A stretch of 63,868 bases of DNA, the filler included, from Octopus bimaculoides (lineage: Eukaryota), in the NCBI RefSeq assembly GCF_001194135.2. It is 6 parts of 6 records of this genome, joined end to end, with 100 filler letters (N's around TTAATTAATTAA, not from the genome) between each part and the next. Parts side by side here need not be neighbours in the genome. Positions count along the whole stretch, not along the records: positions 46,957 to 54,626 come from NC_068984.1; positions 54,727 to 62,007 come from NC_068993.1; positions 62,108 to 63,868 come from NW_026357963.1; 3 more parts are not named here. One strand, written 5' to 3'. This document shows, piece by piece, positions 52,365 through 63,868 of this stretch. The translations under genes and the position numbers were made by a program. The notes below the pieces were generated by a model. It worked only from the letters and a program-made list of their open reading frames with translations, had not been told where the DNA came from and made no database searches. Positions within the stretch are counted from its first letter, which is position 1; each line of letters opens with the position of its first letter.

Positions 52365-53277
52365 AGTAGAAGAAACTAGCCCAAGTTGTCCTGCAGGAGG
52401 ACCGAAGCCGAAACCATGCAGCTGAGAACTCTTTTAATCCCATCGTCGCCACATAAACTCAATTTTTTAGTGGGGAGGTAACCCAATTTTTTAATGGCAA
52501 TTTTTTAATGGGGATCAGATAACCAAAAAGTACCCAGATTTGCTTGTAAGTGAGCTACATTATCCAATCTTATTCCTTTTTAAAAACATAGTGGTGTTAT
52601 ATCAGAGATTTGACGACCATTTCTAGCATTTAAATAAATATGTAAACACTCTTCATTAGCTTGTAGATGTATGACAACTGCATTGAAGACTGGGTAGTGT
52701 GATTTGAGAGAAATGTAGCTGGTATTTCTAGTTGGTCAAGCAATCTTATTAAATGAGACACTGGGAACCTTTTGCATTTCAACAATTACTTTTTCTTATT
52801 AGTTTTATTGTTGTTATTGTTTACATTTGTCTACGGAAACCCTCACTGCCCTTGTGGCCAATACAGAATGTATTATTATTATCTTTTTGGTGTCAATAAA
52901 TTAAGAATTAGTGAAACATCAAGACCCTACCCCCAAATAGTAGAAAGGATTTTTTTTTTAAATCTCAGATTTTGTTGTAACTCTTGGAGCCTTGCATGCA
53001 TAGGGGGCCTTGTTGCCTGCAACCTACAATACCATGCTGTCTGTTCTATTCAACTATCTAATACTTACCAGATGATGGTGATGATGATGTTGATTATTGA
53101 GTGAGAGAGCAGTGCATGCCATCGAAGTGACACTGGGGTACAAATATACGAAACCCAATAAGGGTACACCAGGCACATACATCACAACCATATGTGCGCC
53201 ACATCGTGATCCCATTTCAAGATAAACAGACCGCTAAGCACTTCGCCCGGTGTTGCTAACGTTTCTGCCAGCTCATC

Positions 53278-54290
53278 GCTAGTTTCTTCCTCTCTTTCCT
53301 GCTAGTCACGTTATAATTGGTCGTTGTTGAACTTTCAAAGAAACTCCTGAGTTTCAGTTGCTCCTCTACATGCTGGATCATCTTGGCTGTCTTCTACTTA
53401 CTGCATGTTTTCATTGCAATCACTGTACCAAACACTTTAGCGTCCCTGAAATCGGTGTATTGCAGGAGTTCTCGTAGCCGCGATGCCACAAATCTCTCCT
53501 TTACAGATCTGAATGGGAACTCGAGTTTGTTGGCGCTTCAGTACAACGCGACACAACTCAAACTGCGCAGCAAACCCAGATCTGCAAAGGTTGTTTCTCC
53601 CCATGCGTTCTAAGCCCTCGACTATTGCCACGTGGACTTCATTGACAAGCAAAGACCAGAGTGTGTTTGGGGGTATCCCAAGCCTTGAATCTACCCGGTA
53701 AGCCAGATTTGTATGCGGCTATCAACCAGCTTTCCAGGTGTCACCATGATGAAGTGTCCTTCAGACCAACGTATCCTTCAGACCAATGTGTCTTCGTGTC
53801 CAGACCAATGAGAAGCCTCGTAAAGTTGAAAACCTTCCGCGACTTCTCACTGGTTTTTCTGTAACTGACATAATGCATCCAGTGATTATGCTTATTTCTA
53901 GTTGGTGCCAGTTATGGTGCCTCTCCAGTGCAACGTCAAGCGGCTTATGTGGCATCGAGCTGCTGGCATTGGCCATGTCTAGCCACAGCACAACTAGCCA
54001 ACCCCATTCTTTTCTGTCATGCTTCCCTAATGAGCCGGATCACCACACTCGTGTGTTCAAGGCAACCAAGGATTTCTAATATAACCCTTTGGTACATTTC
54101 CATAATTAGACAACCTTTCCTCCATTCCGAATTCTCTCCAGGGCCTTTCAGACCCGACGGAACAGCCTTGGACGGTTCTTCAGATCCTGTATGGGACGCC
54201 GCTTGGACCATTTACCAAATTAGATCTTGCTCTTTTACTACTTATTTCACTTCTCGCAGACAAATTTCCTCCAAGTTAAATTCCACTTGA
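53278..54290 (-). mobile_element. Degenerate HERO-like (R2-superclade, RLE-type) non-LTR retrotransposon RT fragment
   Basis: GCLEHTSVVIRLIREA, VLWLDMANASSSMPHK, WHQLEISIITGC, KSGLPGRFKAW, LWSLLVNEV, LRELLQY; multiple internal deletions. Confidence 0.8.
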
Positions 54291-54344
54291 TGATGTCTTG
54301 AGGATGTTATAGGTGCCTTGCATGAGCCCAGTGGATGGTCTCGG

Positions 54345-54458
54345 TCTCTCTCTCTCTCTCTGTCTCTCTCTCTTTGTCTCTCTCTCTCTGTCTCTCTCTC
54401 TCTGTCTCTCTCTCTCTGTCTCTTTCTCTCTGTCTCTGTCTCTCTGTCTCTGTCTCTG

Positions 54459-54489
<31 letters not shown>

Positions 54490-54528
54490 GTCTCTCTCTC
54501 TCTGTCTCTCTCTCTGTCTCTCTCTCTG

Positions 54529-54570
<42 letters not shown>
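54345..54570. repeat. (CT)n/(CTGT)n polypyrimidine tract, about 225 bp
   Basis: Direct reading. Confidence 0.9.
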
Positions 54571-54577
<7 letters not shown>

Positions 54578-54626
54578 CTGTCGTTGTAAACACTCGTGAG
54601 ATGCTCATGCACGCGCGCACACACAA

Positions 54627-54726
54627 NNNNNNNNNNNNNNNNNNNNNNNNNNNNNNNNNNNNNNNNNNNNTTAATTAATTAANNNNNNNNNNNNNNNNNN
54701 NNNNNNNNNNNNNNNNNNNNNNNNNN
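54627..54726. other. Artificial join spacer N44-TTAATTAATTAA-N44
   Basis: Direct reading. Confidence 0.95.
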
Positions 54727-55135
54727 AACGTCACTACTGCAGTTGTTGTAATTACAGGTACCACCACCACCACCACCAACGTCCTCCTCCTCCTCCTCTT
54801 CCTCTTCCTCCCCCTCCTCCTCTTCCCCCTCCTCCTCTTCCTCCTCCTCCTCCTCCTCCTCTTCGTCGTCATCATCAACTTCGCGACATCGATGTCATTG
54901 TCATTAGTATTACTTTTAACATAATAATATGAATAATAAACGTTTCTATTACAGGCACATGGTCTGGAATTTGGTGGTGGTGGTGGTGGTGGTGGTGGGG
55001 AGAGGAGGGCGATAATCGATTATATCGACCCCAGTAATCGATTTCGAAACGATAAAAAGCAAAGTCAACCTCGGCAGAAATTTGAACTCTGAACGCAGCT
55101 AAGTATTTTGTTTTGTCTTAATAATAATAACTTGA

Positions 55136-55861
55136 GCTTCTAACTTGTTGTCTCTTGAAGTCTCTGGGCGAGACTTGAAGTCAGCTTGTACAAATACAAA
55201 GCAAAAGCCAAGCATATAAAAGTGTGTGGTGAGATAGGTGAGACGGTATGACACAGCGTTGGCGAATGCCTAAAATTGGCACAACACGAATACAAAAGAC
55301 GCCATGACAATGTAGCAAGAAAGGTCCATTGGGAACTCTGTGGAAACCACAGCCTACAAAGACGTGGTGTGAGCAAACTCCAAAAGGAGTCACCGAAAAT
55401 GAGGATTGCAAAATCCTGTGGGATGCAATGATCCAGTGCGATCACCTGACCAGATATCGGAATCCTGACATTGTTGTGGTGAATAGAAAAGAAAGAACTT
55501 GTATGATAATCGACATGGCATGCGCCGGTGACGACAGGATCAATGTGAAAGAAGAAATGAATAAACAACTATGACGATTTGAGGTGGGAAATACGAAGGT
55601 TGTGGTCAATGAAGAGAGAAGACGTGGTACCAGTAGTAATTGGTGCACTTGGAAGTATCAGCACTCAACTTCAAACATGGCTGAAAAAGATTGGTGCGAG
55701 TGTCAAGGTAGAACACCTACAAAAATCAGCATTGCTTGGAACTGCAAGAATTCTTCGTAAGGTTCTTGAAGCATGACCAGTAAACAAGTGTCACTTTAAT
55801 CTGCTGGCTGTGGATAGCTGACACTTTTCAACATACCCAGCAAAATAAGCTGTGAGATTTC

Positions 55862-55863
<2 letters not shown>
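55136..55863 (+). mobile_element. R4/Dong-like retrotransposon 3' fragment (zinc knuckle, RLE, 3' UTR)
   Basis: CLKLAQHEYKRRHDNVARKVHWELC, ENEDCKILWDAMIQCD...RNPDIVVVNRKERTCMIID, VVPVVIGALG...LLGTARILRKVLEA*; (AAT)n on both flanks. Confidence 0.9.
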
Positions 55864-55931
<68 letters not shown>

Positions 55932-56447
55932 TTCTTTATTAACCCCAAGGGTTTACATTAAGAAAAAACATTATGGACGGCACAAGACAAAACAAAGAAT
56001 GTACGTGTGTGTAAGTGTGTTACTGTGTGTTGTTGTGAGGGTTTTGTGTGACACAGGAATTGTTCAAGTCATCAGTGTTTGGTTGAATATATTTACAATT
56101 GTTGTATTAATGCTAGTAGCTGTTGTGGTCAGCGCTGACCGAGCTGGCCTACGGTCAAATGTATTCACATCAAGGACTACATTGTCAAATCTATATTTCC
56201 CTTTCATTTAAGACAGGGGGATGCAATTCGAGGAAGATTTGGCTGCTATTTACGCCATGTCGCTGCTGTATATAGTTATTGTGCAGGTGAGATAGGTGGT
56301 TGAGTGGATTATCTATTGCGTTCACCACACATAGGTTACCAGTTCAAATACGTTGCGAATATTTCGTAGTGTTCCTCAATGTAGGACACACTACACTATA
56401 TTGTTCGTCATTACCTCAGTCCCTTAGTTGTCGAGAGTAATACGCAG

Positions 56448-56690
56448 CAGATCAATCATAGCAAATCAACCAGGCTTAGATTTATGATTTAATCGATAGT
56501 TCAGATCAAAATGTACCAGATCAATAATTTAGAATCATAGTTCACGTCAATATGGCCTCAGATCAATAGCTTAATTAATAGTTCAGATCAATAGACATCA
56601 GGTGAATCTAACTCGCATCAATACGTTGCAGATCAATAAAATAATCAATAGTTCAAACCAATAGGCAGCTGATCAATCTGCTTGATCGAT
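56448..56690 (+). repeat. Cryptic degenerate repeat built on CAGATCAATA / ATAGTTCA motifs
   Basis: About a dozen TCAAT/ATCGAT cores on one strand within about 240 bp. Confidence 0.7.
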
Positions 56691-56762
56691 CACAGACTAG
56701 AGTCCCACTCGTCGTTACGGTCTGTCACCATGACATCGGTTTCGGGTCTATGGTTTTGATTA

Positions 56763-56799
<37 letters not shown>

Positions 56800-59384
56800 T
56801 GTTCGTGTGTGTGTGTGTGTGTATGAGTGTTTGGGTGCGTGAGTATGTAACATGGCACTCATTCATCTCCAAATTCCTTTACTCCTACTATCGTGTGATT
56901 CAGTTCCATCTTTCTCAGTTACTGAGAGGTTTGTCTGTGTGTGTTGTTGTCATAAAATGAGTACCAGCAATATATTGGTTTCAAGCCAATCTACCCACTA
57001 TATTATAAATATNNNNNNNNNNNNNNNNNNNNNNNNNNNNNNNNNNNNNNNNNNNNNNNNNNNNNNNNNNNNNNNNNNNNNNNNNNNNNNNNNNNNNNNN
57101 NNNNNNNNNNNNNNNNNNNNNNNNNNNNNNNNNNNNNNNNNNNNNNNNNNNNNNNNNNNNNNNNNNNNNNNNNNNNNNNNNNNNNNNNNNNNNNNNNNNN
57201 NNNNNNNNNNNNNNNNNNNNNNNNNNNNNNNNNNNNNNNNNNNNNNNNNNNNNNNNNNNNNNNNNNNNNNNNNNNNNNNNNNNNNNNNNNNNNNNNNNNN
57301 NNNNNNNNNNNNNNNNNNNNNNNNNNNNNNNNNNNNNNNNNNNNNNNNNNNNNNNNNNNNNNNNNNNNNNNNNNNNNNNNNNNNNNNNNNNNNNNNNNNN
57401 NNNNNNNNNNNNNNNNNNNNNNNNNNNNNNNNNNNNNNNNNNNNNNNNNNNNNNNNNNNNNNNNNNNNNNNNNNNNNNNNNNNNNNNNNNNNNNNNNNNN
57501 NNNNNNNNNNNNNNNNNNNNNNNNTATATATATATATATATATATATGTATATTATACAAACATATATATTATATATATGTATGTATGTATGCGTGGAGA
57601 TAAGTGTGTGTGAAAGTAGTTAGTTCATGAAAGAAATAATAAAACAAAGATGCGTGTGTTAAAGAGCTAGACGTTGAAAGCTGGCGTCTGTTCCAATATT
57701 CACTACGGCCACGCATTGACTTCTATTTCATTCAAGTAAAATGTAATTAGAACAAAATGTCTGTGTTCACTGGTGTGTGAGTGTGTGGGTGCGCCATACA
57801 CACACACACACATACACGTACATATGTATACGCATATATATATATGCATATATATATATATATATATATATANNNNNNNNNNNNNNNNNNNNNNNNNNNN
57901 NNNNNNNNNNNNNNNNNNNNNNNNNNNNNNNNNNNNNNNNNNNNNNNNNNNNNNNNNNNNNNNNNNNNNNNNNNNNNNNNNNNNNNNNNNNNNNNNNNNN
58001 NNNNNNNNNNNNNNNNNNNNNNNNNNNNNNNNNNNNNNNNNNNNNNNNNNNNNNNNNNNNNNNNNNNNNNNNNNNNNNNNNNNNNNNNNNNNNNNNNNNN
58101 NNNNNNNNNNNNNNNNNNNNNNNNNNNNNNNNNNNNNNNNNNNNNNNNNNNNNNNNNNNNNNNNNNNNNNNNNNNNNNNNNNNNNNNNNNNNNNNNNNNN
58201 NNNNNNNNNNNNNNNNNNNNNNNNNNNNNNNNNNNNNNNNNNNNNNNNNNNNNNNNNNNNNNNNNNNNNNNNNNNNNNNNNNNNNNNNNNNNNNNNNNNN
58301 NNNNNNNNNNNNNNNNNNNNNNNNNNNNNNNNNNNNNNNNNNNNNNNNNNNNNNNNNNNNNNNNNNNNNNNNNNNNNNNNNNNNNNNNNNNNNNNNNNNN
58401 NNNNNNNNNNNNNNNNNNNNNNNNNNNNNNNNNNNNNNNNNNNNNNNNNNNNNNNNNNNNNNNNNNNNNNNNNNNNNNNNNNNNNNNNNNNNNNNNNNNN
58501 NNNNNNNNNNNNNNNNNNNNNNNNNNNNNNNNNNNNNNNNNNNNNNNNNNNNNNNNNNNNNNNNNNNNNNNNNNNNNNNNNNNNNNNNNNNNNNNNNNNN
58601 NNNNNNNNNNNNNNNNNNNNNNNNNNNNNNNNNNNNNNNNNNNNNNNNNNNNNNNNNNNNNNNNNNNNNNNNNNNNNNNNNNNNNNNNNNNNNNNNNNNN
58701 NNNNNNNNNNNNNNNNNNNNNNNNNNNNNNNNNNNNNNNNNNNNNNNNNNNNNNNNNNNNNNNNGAGAGAGAGAGAGAGAGAGAGAGCGTTTATAGAACG
58801 GCACGTTAAGAAAAAGCAAAAAAAAAAAACCAACTTTTCAACGTCGAGCTTCTGTTTGAACGTGGCTTGTGTTGGATGCGAAATGCTTTACTTCAATAAG
58901 GACAGCACAATAGAATGAAAATCTGTCTTTATGATGTATCGCTCAACTGTCAGTTGGGTACCGGGTGGAATGTAAAGGGTTAACTGGGTCGAACGGGGTA
59001 GAGAGGGATAGTGGAGAGGAAATACTTCACAGAACCAAAATGAATTGCTTCGACATTACCCGGAATTCTGCAATGTTATTTGAATTTTAGCGAAAGCGTA
59101 TGTCTGTGCTCCGTCTCATGTTATTGTTTAGGATACTTTAGTATAGAAGGGGTTGGTTTCTCGCTGAGAAACAAAGCTTTGTCATTAGGTTTTCAATAAA
59201 CAACTGTCTGGGGTCACTTGTTGGATTTTAGGCAATTTTAACAGTTTCTTTTACAAATTGAACATGTAGGCGGGTGTTAAATGGTCTCTTTGTCTGAAAA
59301 CGTTTGATATTCGAGATTACTCCGAATAACATAACCAATGATACCACCACACGTTTCATTAACTAAGAATGTAAATGCATAATT

Positions 59385-59500
59385 GGTGAAGCCATGTGGC
59401 TTAGTGATTAGCAAATTCAGCTCTTTATCACAACGTTGTGGGTTCGATTGCTGGATCGTGCGGCACGTTGTGTCTTTGAACAGGATTTTGCAGGCGATCT
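59385..59500 (+). mobile_element. SINE family C head
   Basis: gccatgtggcttagtgattagc...gtgggttcgattgctggatcgtgcggcacgttgtgtctttgaacagg. Confidence 0.65.
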
Positions 59501-59612
59501 TTCGGTATAGGTTTCCAATGTGTCGCTCTGAGGAGACGACGTCATTCACCATCTTTTTCAGCCAAACCATGTGAGTGGTAAGTAAGCTACTTCCCACACG
59601 GCCATTCCTGCG

Positions 59613-59657
<45 letters not shown>

Positions 59658-60037
59658 NNNNNNNNNNNNNNNNNNNNNNNNNNNNNNNNNNNNNNNNNNN
59701 NNNNNNNNNNNNNNNNNNNNNNNNNNNNNNNNNNNNNNNNNNNNNNNNNNNNNNNNNNNNNNNNNNNNNNNNNNNNNNNNNNNNNNNNNNNNNNNNNNNN
59801 NNNNNNNNNNNNNNNNNNNNNNNNNNNNNNNNNNNNNNNNNNNNNNNNNNNNNNNNNNNNNNNNNNNNNGATTCTTTCTGGTTTCTTGTTTCTTAGTATT
59901 CACTTTCGGTTTAAAGTACGTATTCTACTTCAACCACTTCTCGGGAAATCATAAATAAAATAGTCTAAACATAATACCATTGCACACATACACATGCACA
60001 CACACACACACACACAAACACACACACGCACGCACAC

Positions 60038-60121
60038 AAGAAGAAGAAGAAGAAGAAGAAGAAGAAGAAGAAGAAGAAGAAGAAGAAGAAGAAGAAGAAG
60101 AAGAAGAAGAAGAAGAAGAAA
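60038..60121. repeat. (AAG)n microsatellite
   Basis: Direct reading. Confidence 0.95.
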
Positions 60122-60511
60122 ACTTCGTATACAATTAATGTTATGAACTTAAAATTTTGCATCCTTTAGCTGAGAAGGTTGATGGCAGCTTGCCATAAAG
60201 TTGGCAACACACGATGGAAGTCGCTACACACATGCATAACACACACACACACACACACACACTATCTATCTATCTATCTATCTATCTATCTGTCTGTCTG
60301 TCTATCCGTACGTATACATATTTACATGCACACTTATGCATACACTTTGTGCATGTGTGTGTGTGTGTGTGTGTTTGTGTGTGTGCGTACATGCGTGCGT
60401 GTAAAGACAACAGGTCACATACGAAGCAAAATTTATGTGCAGAGAAGAGTTTTACAAGGGGCATAACTGTTGTACTTCCAATTCTTCATATCCATCTTGT
60501 CTTCGTCGTCG

Positions 60512-60562
<51 letters not shown>

Positions 60563-60894
60563 TAAAGAGAATCGATGGCGAGATCTGAACAGCAAGGCAA
60601 CAAATTACTTTGCGGTATTTTTACTTGTATCCCTTAACATTCTAAATTCGCATTAACTTCCTTTCTTTTCTCGTCATGCAAAATCAAAATGAGCAAACCT
60701 GTTCAAGTCATGAGGGTAGATTCAATTGGCTACATCTGTAGCCAAACAGACGACATGCAGTTAAATGCCAAACACACAACACCCCTATCATCATCGTCGT
60801 CGTCATCATCATTACAATAGCCGCATCACCGAACACTGTGTTTCAGTTCGCTAATGTCACATTCCTAGCTGTAATATCTATAGACACCCTTGTA

Positions 60895-61070
60895 AACCAG
60901 CGAGCTGGCAGAATTGTTAGGGCGAAATACTTAGCGGAATTTCGTCCGTCTTTACGTTCTGAGTTCAAATTCCACCGATCTCGAACTTTGCCTTTCATCC
61001 TTTCGGAGTGAATAGAATAAGCACAAGTTGAGAACTTGTTGGACCTTGTGCCAACATTTAAAATCAATAT
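60895..61070 (+). mobile_element. SINE family B
   Basis: gcgagctggcagaattgttagggcgaaatacttagcgg...gttctgagttcaaattccacc...ctttgcctttcatcctttcgg. Confidence 0.8.
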
Positions 61071-61794
61071 CTATCGTGGACACCCTCTGCGCTTTTTGAA
61101 GCTCACATCATGGCAAAGACGTTCTCAAACGACGTGACAATACAAACAAGACACTGCGAACGAGAGGCATATGAACATCTTAACCAATCATATCTTGCCA
61201 ATTGTAATAAATAGAAACAAAAAAGCTACAAGAGCTCCTATTTCGACTTCATACAGAACCAAGACGAGACAAGAATCTTTGTAGCCTGTCTCTCAATTTA
61301 CCGACTGTAGCAGCTGAATCCGCTGTTTCTGTCATTAAAATGGGGAAAAGAACACCTGAGCCAGCTAGGGAAGGCAGGCTGCTAGAAGGCCCACGAGTTA
61401 GCTGCAGTCTTACGTGTCAAACATCAAATTGTTTTTTAGGGTGTTGAAATACTGTAATGGAGGTAGTGCAGGGGTGGTAGCGTAGCTGGGGTGGCAGTGT
61501 AGCTGGTGTTGACGGAGCTGGTGTGAGTGGTGGTGGTTGTGGTGGCGGTGCTTGTGCCTACGTAGATGGAGCGGGTGTAAGTGGTGCTGGTGGGGGTGGC
61601 GGTACCGGTGTAGATGGAAACGGAGTAGGTAGTGGTGGTGGTAGTGGTTATCGGCAGTGGTAGTAGCATAATGATGATGTAGTGATTGCTGTACAGTAGT
61701 GGTATAACGGTGTTGGCGGTGATGCTAATGTGTAGACATGGTGATGCTTGTGTTGTTGGTAATGGTGGTGGAAGTAGTAGTTGTTGTAGTAGTT

Positions 61795-61853
<59 letters not shown>

Positions 61854-62007
61854 TGCAGGAGTAGTAGTAGTAGTAGTAGTTATTGCTGATTAATCCCAGT
61901 TAAGTGTTGTTTATTTACGTGTAGGCTACCATACTTGACATGGAGAGCTGAAAATTATTTTTAGCCAATTGAATGAAACTACAATCTTGAAAAAAAAAAA
62001 AAAAAAA

Positions 62008-62107
62008 NNNNNNNNNNNNNNNNNNNNNNNNNNNNNNNNNNNNNNNNNNNNTTAATTAATTAANNNNNNNNNNNNNNNNNNNNNNNNNNNNNNNNNNNNN
62101 NNNNNNN
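62008..62107. other. Artificial join spacer N44-TTAATTAATTAA-N44
   Basis: Direct reading. Confidence 0.95.
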
Positions 62108-62429
62108 TTTTTTATAAGATATGAGAAGAATGAGCAGATGGAGAGAAAGATCGCGAAGTCGAAGGGAATAACAAGGGTGAAGATGCTGGAAGCCTGTGCT
62201 GAGAAATGCATTTTGATACGCGAGGAAAGCTACTTAAGTAATTAAGTTGTGGGATCTGACCTGAAAGAAATTAACACTGAATTAGAAATATTCATCTCCT
62301 CTAAATAAACCCAAATATATGTTTTATTAAGAAAGATTTTGGCAAAGGATTAAAGGACCTTCTCAAACCAAGGGTTCATAAAGCCAATTTCCTGAACCCT
62401 GTGATTATAAATTATACCTGCCCCTAGAC

Positions 62430-62600
62430 AGAGTGCCAGTCTGTGACAGGATTACTCATTTTTACACGTTGAGTGGACTGGAGTAACATGAAATGGAGTA
62501 TTTTTTCCAATAATACAAGGCCTCGTCTGGTCCAGGATTCGAAACCACAATCTTACAATCATGAATCCAACACCCCAATCACTAAGCCATGTGCCTCCAC
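62430..62600 (-). mobile_element. SINE family C
   Basis: ggattcgaaaccacaatcttacaatcatgaatccaacaccccaatcactaagccatgtgcctcc, the reverse complement of the tRNA-like head. Confidence 0.7.
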
Positions 62601-63868
62601 ATGTTATTTTATATGTGGAACATCCAAAGAAAAACTTGAGTAATCTATGATAAAATGTTACACAAACAACCAAACTAATNNNNNNNNNNAAAACTTGAGT
62701 AATCTATGATAAAATGTTACACAAACAACCAAACTAATCATCACTGTTTACTTTGAAACTGTATAATTATGAATGCAACAGCCTAACTCCTAAACTAACA
62801 AAAGTACTTACCCCCGTGATACTAAACTACCTGAGAGAGGCCCGTGTTTTAGCATACAAAAACCACTTGTTTTAAACATTTTGTATTTAATTTTTATCGA
62901 AGATGGATTCTCTTTTTAATGTAAGTTACGTTCTAAAAATGTTAGGACTGTTTGTGTCCTCGGGACTCAAAGGGACGGTTGCTTGGTTATACGTAACCAA
63001 AATCATCACATTCCCCCTGAATGATGCCAATCCATCATAGAGTTATTCATTTACAGTTGAGTGGACTAGAACAACATAAAATGAACTGTCCTGCTCAAGA
63101 ACACAATGCAGCACCCAATCCAAGAATTGAAACTATGATNNNNNNNNNNCTGCTCAAGAACACAATGCAGCACCCAATCCAAGAATTGAAACTATGATTT
63201 TGTGATCATATGTGCAACACCCTAACCAACTTTGTCACATGTCTGTACTTGTATTCTAGATGTCAACTTAATAAGGACAACTTATTTTACTAAACTCCTA
63301 CTATAAATTCTTGTCTTGTGTTTTATTATGATTCAATTCATATCTAGAATGTATTATAAGAACCAACATCAAATATTTGACTGGTATTTAATTTTTATTG
63401 ACCCCAGGATAAAAGACAAAACTAACCTCATCAACATTTGAACTCCAAATTTAACTAAATATTCCAGGTGTTTTGTAACTGCAATAATTTTGTCAAGCTA
63501 CCATGTTAATTATTCTAAAAATTAATTAAAACAGATGGGAATATTCATTAGGAATATACTCAGCTTACAAAACACNNNNNNNNNNCAAGAAACTGCCTGA
63601 AACAAACCAAAAATGCTACAGAAAATTGTAAAGAACCAACACTATGAGGTGGGGGGGATGAACAGTTCTGACATTTGGTAAAAGAAAATACAGGGGGGAT
63701 CAGTTAATTATGATTTTATTCAACATNNNNNNNNNNTAATTATGATTTTATTCAACATATTCCCCTCTCAAATTCACATACTTATTACAGCAGTCCTTCA
63801 GTTTTTCTAAGCCTTGTAAAAGAACTCGGAAGGTTGGTCTCCAACCATACCTTTCGCAACACCCTTAA

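Noticed and set aside
56448-56690. CRISPR-like repeat-spacer appearance
   Set aside because: Motifs too short and variable, irregular spacing, eukaryotic context and no cas genes.

Overview
AT-rich, microsatellite-dense metazoan genomic DNA. The SINE families look like those of Octopus (cephalopod); this is recognition, not a database result. No host protein-coding gene can be confidently supported, and nearly all listed ORFs are microsatellite, gap or TE artefacts. Five identical 100-bp spacers (N44-TTAATTAATTAA-N44) mark artificial joins, so adjacency across them is not biological. The window is a transposable-element graveyard. It holds many tRNA-derived SINEs, three R4/Dong-like RLE retrotransposon fragments each embedded in (TAA)n with the same strand polarity, a HERO-like and a Tx1/L1-like LINE fragment, several mariner/Tc1 remnants, TTAA (piggyBac-type) MITEs and a 152-bp TG...CA solo-LTR-like insert with a 5-bp TSD. 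The most notable signal is two distinct families of non-autonomous repeats carrying minimal type-I hammerhead-ribozyme motifs of the Penelope-like-element kind. One forms an inverted pair (32207-32433). The other occurs as two dispersed copies with an identical core (11557-11601 and 21599-21643). Many TE boundaries are approximate.
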